This document shows, in pieces, positions 41,748 to 51,090 of a stretch of 64,000 nucleotides of DNA. The translations under genes were made by a program, and so were the position numbers. Source of the DNA: Bacteroidota bacterium (GTDB taxonomy: Bacteria; Bacteroidota; Bacteroidia; Chitinophagales; CAIODY01); assembly GCA_046051225.1 (NCBI GenBank), contig JBJOOR010000007.1, positions 19,307 to 83,306 on the forward strand. Direction: 5' to 3'. How positions within the stretch are numbered: the first letter of the stretch is position 1; each line of letters opens with the position of its first letter. A model generated the notes under the pieces. That model ran no database searches, had not been told where the DNA came from, and saw nothing but the letters and a program-made list of their open reading frames with translations.

Positions 41748-41765
41748 TTTTTACAAAAAGAAAAA

Positions 41766-41781
41766 TGTGATGAAAGTCATT
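41766..41781 (+). promoter_or_regulatory. CRP/FNR-like box TGTGA-N6-TCATT upstream of usp
   Basis: tgtgatgaaagtcatt. Its centre lies 51.5 bp from the upstream edge of a -7-like box, CAatTTTG (41825-41832). Confidence 0.35.
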
Positions 41782-41860
41782 TTCTAAACTAATCCTTTTC
41801 ATTTTTTCACAAAATAGTAATTGGCAATTTTGTTTTTTCTAAAACAAAAAACGTTTTGCC

Positions 41861-42316
41861 ATGACCACTATCAAAAAAATAATTTGTCCCATAGATTTTT
41901 CTAAAAACGCCGAAGCCGCATTACAAATGGCTTTGCCGATTGCTGATGCCAACAAAGCTGAAGTGCATTTGCTACACATTATTCCGCAAATGTATTATTA
42001 CGATTGGAGCATGACGGGTATGTACAATTTAATTTCGGATGAAATGATTGAGCAAGCAAAGCAAGAAACCAATGCAAAAATGAATGTGTTGGTGCATGAA
42101 CTGAAAAACAAATTTCCAAGCATTCAATTTAATTTTACAATTCTTACTTTAGCCAATCCTGCAGATGGAATTTTAGAAACAACAAAAGAAATAAACGCTG
42201 ATTTAATTGTAATGGGTTCACATGGTAGAAAAGGTTGGGATAGGCTATTGATGGGCAGTGTAGCTGAATCGGTGATGCGTCATTCCGATTGTCCAGTGTT
42301 AATTTACAAAATGTAA
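41861..42316 (+). CDS. universal stress protein (UspA family)
   Basis: 151 aa. IICPIDFS...LLHI...VMGSHGRKGWDRLLMGSVAESVMRHSDCPVLI is canonical Usp. Confidence 0.88.
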   Translation: MTTIKKIICPIDFSKNAEAALQMALPIADANKAEVHLLHIIPQMYYYDWSMTGMYNLISDEMIEQAKQETNAKMNVLVHELKNKFPSIQFNFTILTLANPADGILETTKEINADLIVMGSHGRKGWDRLLMGSVAESVMRHSDCPVLIYKM

Positions 42317-42437
42317 TGCAGAAAAGAGCATGTTCGTTACTGCTAATATTTTTTTGCACAGCAGCTAACTATAAAATGCAAATAAAACAAAGCATGTTTG
42401 AAAAGAAAAATATTTTGGGAAATATTTTAAAAAGGCT

Positions 42438-42869
42438 TTACAATATCATTTTATGTTCAAAATAATAATCTACACCATCTACTTTCCAAGTGAGATGAAT
42501 TTCGTGTAAGCCTTTATTGGCGACAGGTATAGGCAAAATCCATTCGTTGTTTTTAGTTTGAAAATTTTTAGTGTAATCTTTATTTTCATCCGAAGGACAA
42601 TACAATTTTACCGAGCCTTCAATAGTTTTATTGTCAAAATCTTTTGGGAAATGAATCAGCAATTTTCCATCTTGTTCATCCATTTTAACAGCCGCCGAAA
42701 GATGCGACACATTGGTTTCTTGATTGATTTTTTCCTGATGTTTTAATTCTTCGGCATAATAATTTGGTGTTACCAAATCCATTTTTTCATTCATTGATTT
42801 AATAGCTAAGAATGCAATTCCAGCTGCAAAAGCCAGATAAACAAAGAGTATTTTATATCCCCAATTCAT
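42438..42869 (-). CDS. FixH-family protein (cbb3 oxidase maturation)
   Basis: 143 aa with one N-terminal TM segment followed by a beta-rich domain. Lies immediately downstream of ccoG, as fixH/ccoH usually does. Confidence 0.65.
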   Translation of the reverse strand: MNWGYKILFVYLAFAAGIAFLAIKSMNEKMDLVTPNYYAEELKHQEKINQETNVSHLSAAVKMDEQDGKLLIHFPKDFDNKTIEGSVKLYCPSDENKDYTKNFQTKNNEWILPIPVANKGLHEIHLTWKVDGVDYYFEHKMIL

Positions 42870-42887
42870 AAGAAAAAATTTTTGTGA

Positions 42888-44309
42888 TTAATTATATTTT
42901 TCTGGTCCAATAAATTTTGCTTTAACGCTTTTAATTTTTTTATCCTCACCATCATCTACCACAACTTTAAATTCTGTTTTCCATCCGTGAAGCTCTTCGG
43001 GCTTGAGTTTGATGAAAAATTCCATGGCTGCATAATCTTCTTTTTTCACCACCCAATTGCTACTTCCAACTGGAACAATTTCACCTTTTACACCTTCCAA
43101 ATGCAAATGAATAGGAATGTCGTGTCGGGTTTTATTCGCCAATTTTAAGTTGTATAAATTTGAGAAACTTCCATCCGAATATTTTTGATAACTCATACCT
43201 GAAACCCTCATCAATGTTACATCTACTTCACTTCGGCTGATTAATAAAAATGCTAACAACGATATTAATAAAGTAAGGACTGCGGTGTATGCTTTCAATC
43301 GTGTATTGAAAACTAATTTTCTTCCACGACGAATAGAATTATCAGATGCATAACGCACCAATCCAACTGGTTTATGAATGTTGGTCATGATTTCATCACA
43401 AGCGTCAATACAAGCTGTGCAATTCACACATTCCATTTGTGTACCGTTGCGAATGTCAATACCAGTAGGGCATACACGAACACAAGCTTTGCAATCAATG
43501 CAATCACCATGCTCATTTTTTTCTTCGGCAGTTGATAATTTTCCACGAGGTTCGCCACGAACTTTATCATAAGCCACCACGATAGAATTTTTATCTAACA
43601 ACACACCTTGCAATCTTCCGTAAGGACAAACCACGATGCAAGCCTGCTCACGAAACCACCAATAAACAAAAAAGAAAACAGTAGTGAAAATGAGCAACGA
43701 AATGAAAGTACCGATGTTTTCAGATGGATTTTGATAGTATGCTAACACACTGTCCATACTTATTAAATACGACAAGAAATAATTAGCGATGATAAATGAA
43801 ATGGCAAAAAAGATAATGAATTTTGTTACACGTTTTCGGATTTTAAATCCATTCCAAGGCATTTGTTTTAATTGATTTTGCTTGTTGAAATCGCCATCTA
43901 AAAAGTATTCGATTTTACGAAAAACCATTTCCATAAAAATGGTTTGCGGACAAGCCCATCCACAAAATATCCTTCCAAACGCAACGGTGAAAACAATGAT
44001 GAACACTACAAATGTGAGCATCCCGATGCCGAAAATAAAAAAATCTTGAGGCCAAAAAACCATACCGAATAAGATGAATTTTCTACCCAATACATTCAGC
44101 ATAAACAAAGGCTCATCATGCACTTTGATGAATGGCAAAATCAAAAACACCAACAAATAAAAATAGCTGAAATAGCTACGAATCTTATACAGCCTGCCTT
44201 TGGGCTGCTTTGGATGAATATAATTTCGAGAGCCATCTTTTTTTATAGTAGCTACCGAATCACGAAACGAACCTTTTGGGTCGAAGTCGGAAGAGATTTG
44301 ATTGTCCAT
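42888..44309 (-). CDS. ccoG: cytochrome c oxidase accessory protein CcoG (4Fe-4S ferredoxin)
   Basis: 473 aa. CGWACPQ and two ferredoxin Cys clusters (CIDCKACVRVCP, CVNCTACIDAC). Confidence 0.9.
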   Translation of the reverse strand: MDNQISSDFDPKGSFRDSVATIKKDGSRNYIHPKQPKGRLYKIRSYFSYFYLLVFLILPFIKVHDEPLFMLNVLGRKFILFGMVFWPQDFFIFGIGMLTFVVFIIVFTVAFGRIFCGWACPQTIFMEMVFRKIEYFLDGDFNKQNQLKQMPWNGFKIRKRVTKFIIFFAISFIIANYFLSYLISMDSVLAYYQNPSENIGTFISLLIFTTVFFFVYWWFREQACIVVCPYGRLQGVLLDKNSIVVAYDKVRGEPRGKLSTAEEKNEHGDCIDCKACVRVCPTGIDIRNGTQMECVNCTACIDACDEIMTNIHKPVGLVRYASDNSIRRGRKLVFNTRLKAYTAVLTLLISLLAFLLISRSEVDVTLMRVSGMSYQKYSDGSFSNLYNLKLANKTRHDIPIHLHLEGVKGEIVPVGSSNWVVKKEDYAAMEFFIKLKPEELHGWKTEFKVVVDDGEDKKIKSVKAKFIGPEKYN

Positions 44310-44354
44310 TTTGTTGTAGTGGTATTGAAAAAGGATTTACCTTTTTATCCGCTA

Positions 44355-44362
44355 CAAAATTA
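44355..44362 (-). promoter_or_regulatory. -7 box TAatTTTG for ccoG
   Basis: Minus strand reads taattttg, 46 nt upstream of the ccoG ATG. Confidence 0.4.
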
Positions 44363-44405
44363 CATCTCAAGGCTTTGGAGCTAACTGATAGGTGTCAAAG
44401 CAAAA

Positions 44406-44421
44406 CATGATTTCGGTCAGT
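44406..44421 (-). promoter_or_regulatory. CRP/FNR-like box (gene orientation ACTGA-N6-TCATG) upstream of ccoG
   Basis: Plus strand reads catgatttcggtcagt. Its centre lies 51.5 bp from the upstream edge of the ccoG -7 box. Confidence 0.45.
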
Positions 44422-44444
44422 TTTTTGAGAAAATAGATTTCTGT

Positions 44445-44483
44445 AAAAACAAAAAAGTTGTTGAAGTATTCACTCCAACAACT
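44445..44483 (-). terminator. rho-independent terminator after ccoP
   Basis: 8-bp stem agttgttg / caacaact. On the minus strand it is followed by tttttgttttt. Starts 23 nt after the ccoP stop. Confidence 0.65.
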
Positions 44484-44506
44484 TTTCTTTTTAGATTTTA
44501 TTTCAA

Positions 44507-45712
44507 CTATTTTTTTACCACCACAGTGCTGTCCGTTTTTTTTGTAGCAGTTGAATCACTTGCTGCTCTGCCATCTTCATACTTATCACCTTGTGGTGCT
44601 TTTGCATTGGGCGGATTAGTACCGTGTAAAGTTTTTACATAACTGGCAATTTCGCTGATTTGTTTTTCGTTGTATTTCACCAACCACGATTGCATTCCTT
44701 TATCAGGATAACCATTTTTAATCGAGTGGAAAATATCATTCAACGAACCTTTGTGCAACCAATAATCATCCGTTAAATTTGGACCTGCACCACCTTCACC
44801 CAACTGACCGTGACATGGGAAACAATCGGTTTTGAAAATTTGCATACCTCTGTCAAGCCCTGCTGCATCAGCCATTGGTACATTATTTTCATCTACTTTG
44901 TCTTTATTTTCAGCATCAAATTTTTCTTTTGCAATTCGTGCATCTTCCATTTGTGCTTCATATTCTTGTGTTGGATTTTTTCCAATTCCAGCAATTTGGA
45001 ACATGTATATGTAAATGACAGCCACCACAATCGTAATGTAGAAGCCATACTTCCACCATGGTGGTAAAGCATTGTCCAATTCTTTGATGCCATCATAATC
45101 ATGGTCTAATAAAACATCCGCTTCTTTCTCAACAGGCACAGCTTTGGTGAAAACTTTTTTATCCAAATCGTGCCACCAATTGGGCACGATTGAATTTGAT
45201 TCTTTTACTGCATCTGGTTTGATGTCAAACAAATTGCGATGCAAATTTCTAATCACACCACCCAAATAAAAGATGGCAAAAATTTCCACCACAATGGCAG
45301 CAATGAAAACATCCAGTGCCATTCCAGTTACGCCGCCCAAATTCATTGAAGTGTCGGAAGCCGCTGCTGTAGCATCTTGAGCAAAGGTTGAAGAAGAAAG
45401 TAAACTCAATCCTAACAACACTAAAATCGCCACAACCACATTGTTCGATTTTTTATTTTTCTGTTTTTCAATTAATTGTTTGCTCAATAAAACAATCACT
45501 TGCCCCATTCCCCAAATCACAATTCCTAACACAGCCACAATTAAGATGAGAAATACTTGCATCAAACTTTGTGTAGCTTCGGCTGGTGCCGCCGCCGCCG
45601 CTGAAGCCGCTGTGGTAGCTGCATCCTGCGCAATTGATAATTGTGATAACAAAACAGCTGCTATCATTAGCAACAATGATTTTCGGTTTTTTAAGAAAGA
45701 AAACAATTTCAT
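44507..45712 (-). CDS. ccoP: cbb3-type cytochrome c oxidase subunit III-like, monohaem CcoP with long N-terminal membrane/Ala-rich extension
   Basis: 401 aa. Conserved DHDYDGIKELDNALPPWW (CcoP N-domain) and a single CFPCHG haem c site. Confidence 0.85.
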   Translation of the reverse strand: MKLFSFLKNRKSLLLMIAAVLLSQLSIAQDAATTAASAAAAAPAEATQSLMQVFLILIVAVLGIVIWGMGQVIVLLSKQLIEKQKNKKSNNVVVAILVLLGLSLLSSSTFAQDATAAASDTSMNLGGVTGMALDVFIAAIVVEIFAIFYLGGVIRNLHRNLFDIKPDAVKESNSIVPNWWHDLDKKVFTKAVPVEKEADVLLDHDYDGIKELDNALPPWWKYGFYITIVVAVIYIYMFQIAGIGKNPTQEYEAQMEDARIAKEKFDAENKDKVDENNVPMADAAGLDRGMQIFKTDCFPCHGQLGEGGAGPNLTDDYWLHKGSLNDIFHSIKNGYPDKGMQSWLVKYNEKQISEIASYVKTLHGTNPPNAKAPQGDKYEDGRAASDSTATKKTDSTVVVKK

Positions 45713-45770
45713 ATCGTTTGTTTTTAGTTCAGTTTTTTGTTTTTGAAATCAATTACTTCATTCTATTTTG

Positions 45771-45861
45771 AATAGCACACAGATTGAACTGATTTTTTAT
45801 GATTAGAACGGATTTTAAAATCTGTGTAAATCCATCACATCCGTTAAATCAGTGTGCTATT
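45771..45861 (-). ncRNA. structured intergenic element between ccoQ and ccoP (nested helices, possible pseudoknot)
   Basis: P1: aatagcac (45771-78) / gtgctatt (45854-61). P2: actgattt (45788-95) / aaatcagt (45846-53). P3: aacggat (45807-13) / atccgtt (45839-45). Bulge acagatt (45779-85) is complementary to loop aatctgt (45819-25). Confidence 0.4.
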
Positions 45862-45872
45862 GTATTTTCAAA

Positions 45873-46037
45873 TTATTGCAAAGGCATGTTGGCTAATTCA
45901 TCCACATGTTCTTTTCTCATCCTTTTCACCACAATTAATAATCCTACAAAAAATGCGAAGAAAATAATCAGTGAAACGATTGGATAAATAGCAGCATAGC
46001 GCATATTATCAGCGTATTGTTTGATGAATTTGAACAT
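45873..46037 (-). CDS. ccoQ: CcoQ/FixQ-like small membrane subunit
   Basis: 54 aa from ATG 46037 (MFKFIKQYADNMRYAAIYPIVSLIIFFAFFVGLLIVVKRMRK...). One TM segment. Positioned between ccoNO and ccoP. The longer GTG start would lie inside the repeat element. Confidence 0.65.
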   Translation of the reverse strand: MFKFIKQYADNMRYAAIYPIVSLIIFFAFFVGLLIVVKRMRKEHVDELANMPLQ

Positions 46038-46056
46038 GACTTTTATTTTTTGATTT

Positions 46057-46219
46057 ACCACATAGAAACATAGTTATCATAGTTTTAGAAATCTTTGCTT
46101 TCGCTATGGTTCTCTATTTCAACTCGTTTCAAAATTTCAGAGTTGCATAGAAAATAAATTTTAACATAGAACTTCAACTAACTCTTCTCAACTATTGTTT
46201 TCTATATGCCTATGTGGTT
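46057..46219. mobile_element. MITE-like repeat, copy 1 (ccoNO-ccoQ spacer)
   Basis: ~163 bp with terminal inverted repeats accacatag / ctatgtggt and many internal CATAG/CTATG motifs. It is the reverse complement of 57956-58109 with high identity over the first ~105 and last ~30 nt. Confidence 0.6.
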
Positions 46220-46224
46220 TGTTT

Positions 46225-48366
46225 TTATTTTATGGTTAATGTATCTGTCTTATTTTGTTTAGAAATATCAACACCCAAACGTTGTAAGTAAGCAATCACA
46301 GCAATGATTTCACGGTCGCTTTTTACTTCGATGTTATCAGCTTTCAAACTGTTGGTGATGCCTTCGGCTTGTTTCATCAAATCATCATTCGCTATTTTTT
46401 CATAGCCAACAGGATAAGGCACACCCAACGTACGCATCGCATTGATCTTGGCTTCGGTGTTTAAAATGTCTAATTGTTTTTCAATCATAAATGCATAAGC
46501 AGGCATCACCGAACCTTCACTCATAGATTGTGGCTCACGAAGATGGCGGAAATGCCAAGCATCAGATTTTTTCAAATTACCCACACCTTCACGAGCTAAA
46601 TCTGGACCTGTGCGTTTGCTACCCCATTGGAATGGATGGTCGTAAACAAATTCACCAGCTTTAGAATATTCACCATAACGTTCAGTTTCACTGCGGAACG
46701 GACGAACCATTTGTGAGTGACATACATAACAACCTTCACGGATGTAGATATCACGACCTTGCAATTCAAGCGGTGTATATGGTTTCACACTGCTGATAGT
46801 TGGAATATTTGATTTGATTAAGAAAGTTGGAATCAACTCAACCATGCCACCAATAAGGATTACAACCAAACTCATGATTAACATTTGAACTGGTCTGCGT
46901 TCTAATAATCTATGCCAATGTTCGCCAGCATGAGGTACATAATTCTTTTCCAATGGTGCTGCTTCGGCTGCTTCGTTAGCAATCAATTTTCCCGAACGAA
47001 CTGTTTTAAATAAATTGTAAACCATCACCAACACACCAATCAAATACAATGTGCCACCTAATGAACGCATGGCGTAGAAAGGCTTTAAGTGAACTACTGT
47101 TTCTAAGAATGAATATTTTAATTGTCCACCTGGAGTAAATTCTTTCCACATTTCACTTTGTGTGAACCCTGCCCAATACATCGGAATAGCGTAGAAAATG
47201 ATTCCCAATGTGCCAATCCAAAAATGGAAGTTGGCTAATTTTTTAGAGTATAATTTTGTTCCAAAAATTCTTGGCAACATCCAATACAACACACCAAAAG
47301 TTAAGAAACCATTCCATCCCAATGCACCAATGTGAACGTGTGCAATAATCCAATCAGTAAAGTGTGCTACAGCGTTGATGTTTTTCAAACTCAACATGGG
47401 TCCTTCGAAAGTTGCCATTCCATAGCAGGTTACAGCTACCACGAAGAATTTTAAAATTACATCGTCTCTCACTCTGTCCCATGCGCCACGAAGTGTGAGC
47501 AAACCATTTATCATTCCACCCCAACTTGGGAAAATCAACATGAATGAAAATACAACACCTAAAGATTGTGCCCAATTAGGCAAAGCTGTGTACAGCAAGT
47601 GATGTGGACCAGCCCAGATGTATAAAAATATCAAAGCCCAAAAGTGAATGATAGATAATTTGTAAGAAAATACTGGGCGATTTGCGGCTTTCGGCATAAA
47701 GTAATACATGATGCCCAAGTAAGGAGTTGTCAAGAAAAATGCAACTGCATTATGACCATACCACCATTGTACTAAAGCATCTTGAACACCAGCATACAAA
47801 GAATAACTTTTCAAAAATGAAATCGGTAATTCCATTGAGTTAACAATGTGCAACACCGCAACTGTAACGAATGTGGCGATGTAAAACCAAATGGCCACAT
47901 ACAAATGTTTTTCTCTTCTTTTTATAATTGTACCAATCATGTTGATACCAAACACTACCCAAATCAAAGCAATAGCAATATCAATCGGCCATTCTAATTC
48001 GGCATATTCTTTACCACTTGTAATGCCCAATGGCAATGTGATAGCGGCTGCAACAATAATTAATTGCCATCCCCAAAAATGTATGTAGCTTAAAGTGTCG
48101 CTAAACATTCTTGTTTTCAACAAACGTTGCAATGAATAGTAAACACCCATAAACAATCCATTACCTACAAATGCGAAAATTACCGCATTGGTGTGCAACG
48201 GACGCAAACGCCCAAACGAACCATACTGTGTAATGTTGAGTTGCGGAAATACCAATTGCAGCGCTATATACAGCCCTGCTAACATTCCAACCACTCCAAA
48301 AATAACGGAGGCGTAGGCGAAGTTTCGCACTATCTTGTTGTCGTAATAGAATTTTTCTACTTGCAT
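46225..48366 (-). CDS. ccoNO: fused cbb3-type cytochrome c oxidase subunits I and II (CcoN-CcoO)
   Basis: 713 aa. N-terminal 12-TM haem-copper oxidase domain. C-terminal CcoO-like domain with CYVCHSQMVRP haem c site. Confidence 0.93.
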   Translation of the reverse strand: MQVEKFYYDNKIVRNFAYASVIFGVVGMLAGLYIALQLVFPQLNITQYGSFGRLRPLHTNAVIFAFVGNGLFMGVYYSLQRLLKTRMFSDTLSYIHFWGWQLIIVAAAITLPLGITSGKEYAELEWPIDIAIALIWVVFGINMIGTIIKRREKHLYVAIWFYIATFVTVAVLHIVNSMELPISFLKSYSLYAGVQDALVQWWYGHNAVAFFLTTPYLGIMYYFMPKAANRPVFSYKLSIIHFWALIFLYIWAGPHHLLYTALPNWAQSLGVVFSFMLIFPSWGGMINGLLTLRGAWDRVRDDVILKFFVVAVTCYGMATFEGPMLSLKNINAVAHFTDWIIAHVHIGALGWNGFLTFGVLYWMLPRIFGTKLYSKKLANFHFWIGTLGIIFYAIPMYWAGFTQSEMWKEFTPGGQLKYSFLETVVHLKPFYAMRSLGGTLYLIGVLVMVYNLFKTVRSGKLIANEAAEAAPLEKNYVPHAGEHWHRLLERRPVQMLIMSLVVILIGGMVELIPTFLIKSNIPTISSVKPYTPLELQGRDIYIREGCYVCHSQMVRPFRSETERYGEYSKAGEFVYDHPFQWGSKRTGPDLAREGVGNLKKSDAWHFRHLREPQSMSEGSVMPAYAFMIEKQLDILNTEAKINAMRTLGVPYPVGYEKIANDDLMKQAEGITNSLKADNIEVKSDREIIAVIAYLQRLGVDISKQNKTDTLTIK

Positions 48367-48428
48367 ATTGTTTAGAATTGAATTTTTATTTTGAATTAGA
48401 TTTTCGATTTTAAATAACCGCTGACTTT

Positions 48429-48578
48429 TTATTTTTCTATTTCGTTGTCGAATAACATTCTTACCGAAGGCGTATAATCATCATCGTATTGTCCGTTTTT
48501 AACACTCCATAAAAAAGCAACCAAGAAGCCTCCTGCTACCAAAATACTTGCACCGATTAAGAGGAAAATTGCGCTCAT
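48429..48578 (-). CDS. ccoS: cbb3 oxidase maturation protein CcoS/FixS (not in the ORF track; 49 aa)
   Basis: Hand translation of the minus strand: MSAIFLLIGASILVAGGFLVAFLWSVKNGQYDDDYTPSVRMLFDNEIEK. The W..K.GQYDD...P..R.LFD signature and the position between ccoI and ccoN fit CcoS. Confidence 0.8.
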   Translation of the reverse strand: MSAIFLLIGASILVAGGFLVAFLWSVKNGQYDDDYTPSVRMLFDNEIEK

Positions 48579-48602
48579 GGAGTTGATTTATTATTTACTT
48601 CG

Positions 48603-48610
48603 CAAAGCTA
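48603..48610 (-). promoter_or_regulatory. -7 box TAgcTTTG for ccoS-ccoNO
   Basis: Minus strand reads tagctttg, 24 nt upstream of the ccoS ATG. Confidence 0.4.
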
Positions 48611-48653
48611 CTGTGGCTGTTTTCTGGGTGAAATGACTGTAATCAAAATCAAA

Positions 48654-48669
48654 CATGATTTGAATCATG
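48654..48669 (-). promoter_or_regulatory. CRP/FNR-like box CATGA-N6-TCATG (perfect palindrome) upstream of ccoS-ccoNO
   Basis: catgatttgaatcatg, within 9-bp perfect arms aacatgatt / aatcatgtt. Its centre lies 51.5 bp from the upstream edge of the ccoS -7 box. Confidence 0.5.
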
Positions 48670-48675
48670 TTGTAT

Positions 48676-51090
48676 TTAAAGATTCATTTTTCTTGCTGAA
48701 AAAGATGAAGCAGCAATTACAAAAAGAACAATACTGATACTGCTCAACGGCATCAAAATAGCAGCCACCATTGGCGACAAATGCGAACTCACAGCAAAGG
48801 ATTCACCAACAATATTGTAGAGTATGGATAACACAAAACTTGCTGCCACAATTTTCTTTTCGCTTTTTGCATAGCGCATAAATGCAGCTAATTTTTCCAT
48901 TTTATTACCATCCAAAATAGCATCGCAAGCAGGTGTGAATAAAGCTGTATTATCAGTAACGGCAATGCCTGCGTCGCTTTGCATCAATGCACCAGCATCA
49001 TTTAATCCATCACCAAGCATTAACACTTTTCTGTTTTTATCTTGTTGCAAATGCTCGATGTAACGTAATTTATCTTGCGGATTTTGATTGAATTTTAACA
49101 CAGCTTTTTCACCAAATAATTTTTGCAGATTGTTTTTTTCTGAATCATTATCGCCAGATAAAACGTGCAATTCGTAATTCATCTTTTGCAAATTGTTAAT
49201 TGCTTTGTCGATATTTTTTCTGTATTGATTGGCAAATTCAAAATGCCCCACATAAACATGATTCACTTCCACATGCACAGTGGTAGCTTGTTGTGGCGCA
49301 TCGGCATTGAAAATAAAATTAGCTGAACCAATTTTAACCACTTGATTATTGATGGTAGCAATGATTCCTTTTCCTTTTATTTCTTCAAATTTTTCAACAA
49401 ATAATTTTTCTTCTGCTTTCAAAAAATCGCAAATCATTTTACTCAACGGATGCGATGAATGCGAACAAACAGATTTTATTATCGCAGCATTTTCATTGGT
49501 TAATTCTTTGCCAATAAATTTAACATCGTTAAAGTGTTGTGCAGTCAGCGTTCCAGTTTTATCAAATACAATCGTGTTCACTTTTGCTAATGATTCAATC
49601 ACCGAATTATTTTTCAAGTACATTTTGTTTTTACCAAAATGACGTAACATGTTTCCAAATGTAAAGGTGGCTGAAAGCAGCAATGAGCAAGGGCATGCAA
49701 CAATCAACACCGAAGTAACTACATGCAAAATCATGGTAGGATTTACAAACCACCAAAAAATTGCGCCACCAATTGCAATGCTAAAAAGCACGATGGTAAA
49801 ATATCTGCTCCAAGGATGGATGAAAGATTCTTTGGTGTTTTTTGCATTTCTGAAAACAGAATTGTTCCACAATTGTGTGATGTAACTTTGCGAAACATCA
49901 TTCACTACTTCCAACTCAATCGCAGTTCCAGCTTGCTTTCCACCAGCATAAATCAATTCGCCATTCAATTTTGAAACTGGCAAATTTTCACCGCTGATAA
50001 AACTATAATCAATATTGGCAGTCCCTTTTTTCAAAACAGCATCCGCAGGAATTAATTCGCCATTTCGAATTAAAATAGTGTCGCCTTTTTGCAATTGTGT
50101 AACCGTAATTTGTTTTTCAATTCCATTCAAAATTTTAGTTACGCCTAAAGGAAAATAAGATTTATAATCTCTGTCAAACGAAAATGAATCGTAAGTTTTG
50201 TTTTGAAACCAGCGACCAACCAACATGAAAAACACAATGCCTGTGGCTGAATCTAAAAATCCAGCACCGCTACCAGTAAGGATTTCATAGTAACTTCTTG
50301 AAAATGCAATCAATGAGGCTAATGCAATTGGTGCATCAATATTGATGATGCCTTGTCGGAAACATTTGAATGCAGAAATGAAAAATTCGCCTGCCGACCA
50401 AAATAAAACTGGCAGCGACAAAGCAAAAATCAAGTAAGAAAAAGTTTGCTTTAAGCCTTGCTGTTCAATGTGTCCACCCGAAAAATATTCAGGGAAACTC
50501 AACATCATAATATTGGCAAATGCAAAGCCTGCCACACCAATTTTATAAATCGCAGTTTTGTTGACAGCTGCTTTCTTCTTTTCGGTAGTAGTTCTTTGTA
50601 AATTGATTAACGGCTCGTAACCTATGAAGGATAAGAGTTCTACCACTTTTCGCAAACTGATGATTTGTGGATTGAACGAAATGAAAATTTCTTTTCGTTG
50701 AAAATTGGTTTGTGATTTTATAACACCTGCATTGATGCGATGCAAATTTTCTAACAAATAAACACACGATGCACAGTGCATTTGCGGCAAGTAAAATGTT
50801 ACCGTCATTAATGTTTCACTTGAAAACGAAACGATTTTTTTTACCGTAGTTTCATCCTCTAAATATGCAAAGCGATTGCCAGCAAACTTTCCTTTGGCGG
50901 TGAGTCCAGGGTTTTTATCAAAATCATAATAAGCACACAAATTGTTATCATTCAACAATAAAAAAACTTGCTTGCAACCTTCGCAGCAAAAGTTTTTTTC
51001 TTCGAGATGAATTGTAGAATCGCAGGTTTCACCGCAGTGAAAACAATTAGTTGATATGGAAGTAGCTTTTGACGTAGTGATAATTTTTAT
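48676..51090 (-). CDS. ccoI: heavy-metal (copper) translocating P-type ATPase CcoI/FixI; 5' end uncertain
   Basis: P-type motifs CPC (VACPCSL), DKTGTLT and GDGLNDAGAL. The in-frame upstream extension encodes the FixI-type CFHCGETC...FCCEGCKQVF motif but has no ATG/GTG/TTG. The end is set at ATA 51088-51090 as a guess. Confidence 0.85.
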   Translation of the reverse strand: MKIITTSKATSISTNCFHCGETCDSTIHLEEKNFCCEGCKQVFLLLNDNNLCAYYDFDKNPGLTAKGKFAGNRFAYLEDETTVKKIVSFSSETLMTVTFYLPQMHCASCVYLLENLHRINAGVIKSQTNFQRKEIFISFNPQIISLRKVVELLSFIGYEPLINLQRTTTEKKKAAVNKTAIYKIGVAGFAFANIMMLSFPEYFSGGHIEQQGLKQTFSYLIFALSLPVLFWSAGEFFISAFKCFRQGIINIDAPIALASLIAFSRSYYEILTGSGAGFLDSATGIVFFMLVGRWFQNKTYDSFSFDRDYKSYFPLGVTKILNGIEKQITVTQLQKGDTILIRNGELIPADAVLKKGTANIDYSFISGENLPVSKLNGELIYAGGKQAGTAIELEVVNDVSQSYITQLWNNSVFRNAKNTKESFIHPWSRYFTIVLFSIAIGGAIFWWFVNPTMILHVVTSVLIVACPCSLLLSATFTFGNMLRHFGKNKMYLKNNSVIESLAKVNTIVFDKTGTLTAQHFNDVKFIGKELTNENAAIIKSVCSHSSHPLSKMICDFLKAEEKLFVEKFEEIKGKGIIATINNQVVKIGSANFIFNADAPQQATTVHVEVNHVYVGHFEFANQYRKNIDKAINNLQKMNYELHVLSGDNDSEKNNLQKLFGEKAVLKFNQNPQDKLRYIEHLQQDKNRKVLMLGDGLNDAGALMQSDAGIAVTDNTALFTPACDAILDGNKMEKLAAFMRYAKSEKKIVAASFVLSILYNIVGESFAVSSHLSPMVAAILMPLSSISIVLFVIAASSFSARKMNL

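Noticed and set aside
42317-42437. Terminator candidates between usp and fixH (aaatattt-tggg-aaatattt and gcag...ctgc).
   Set aside because: The stems are AT-only or 4 bp long, with weak predicted stability. They are not reported as features.
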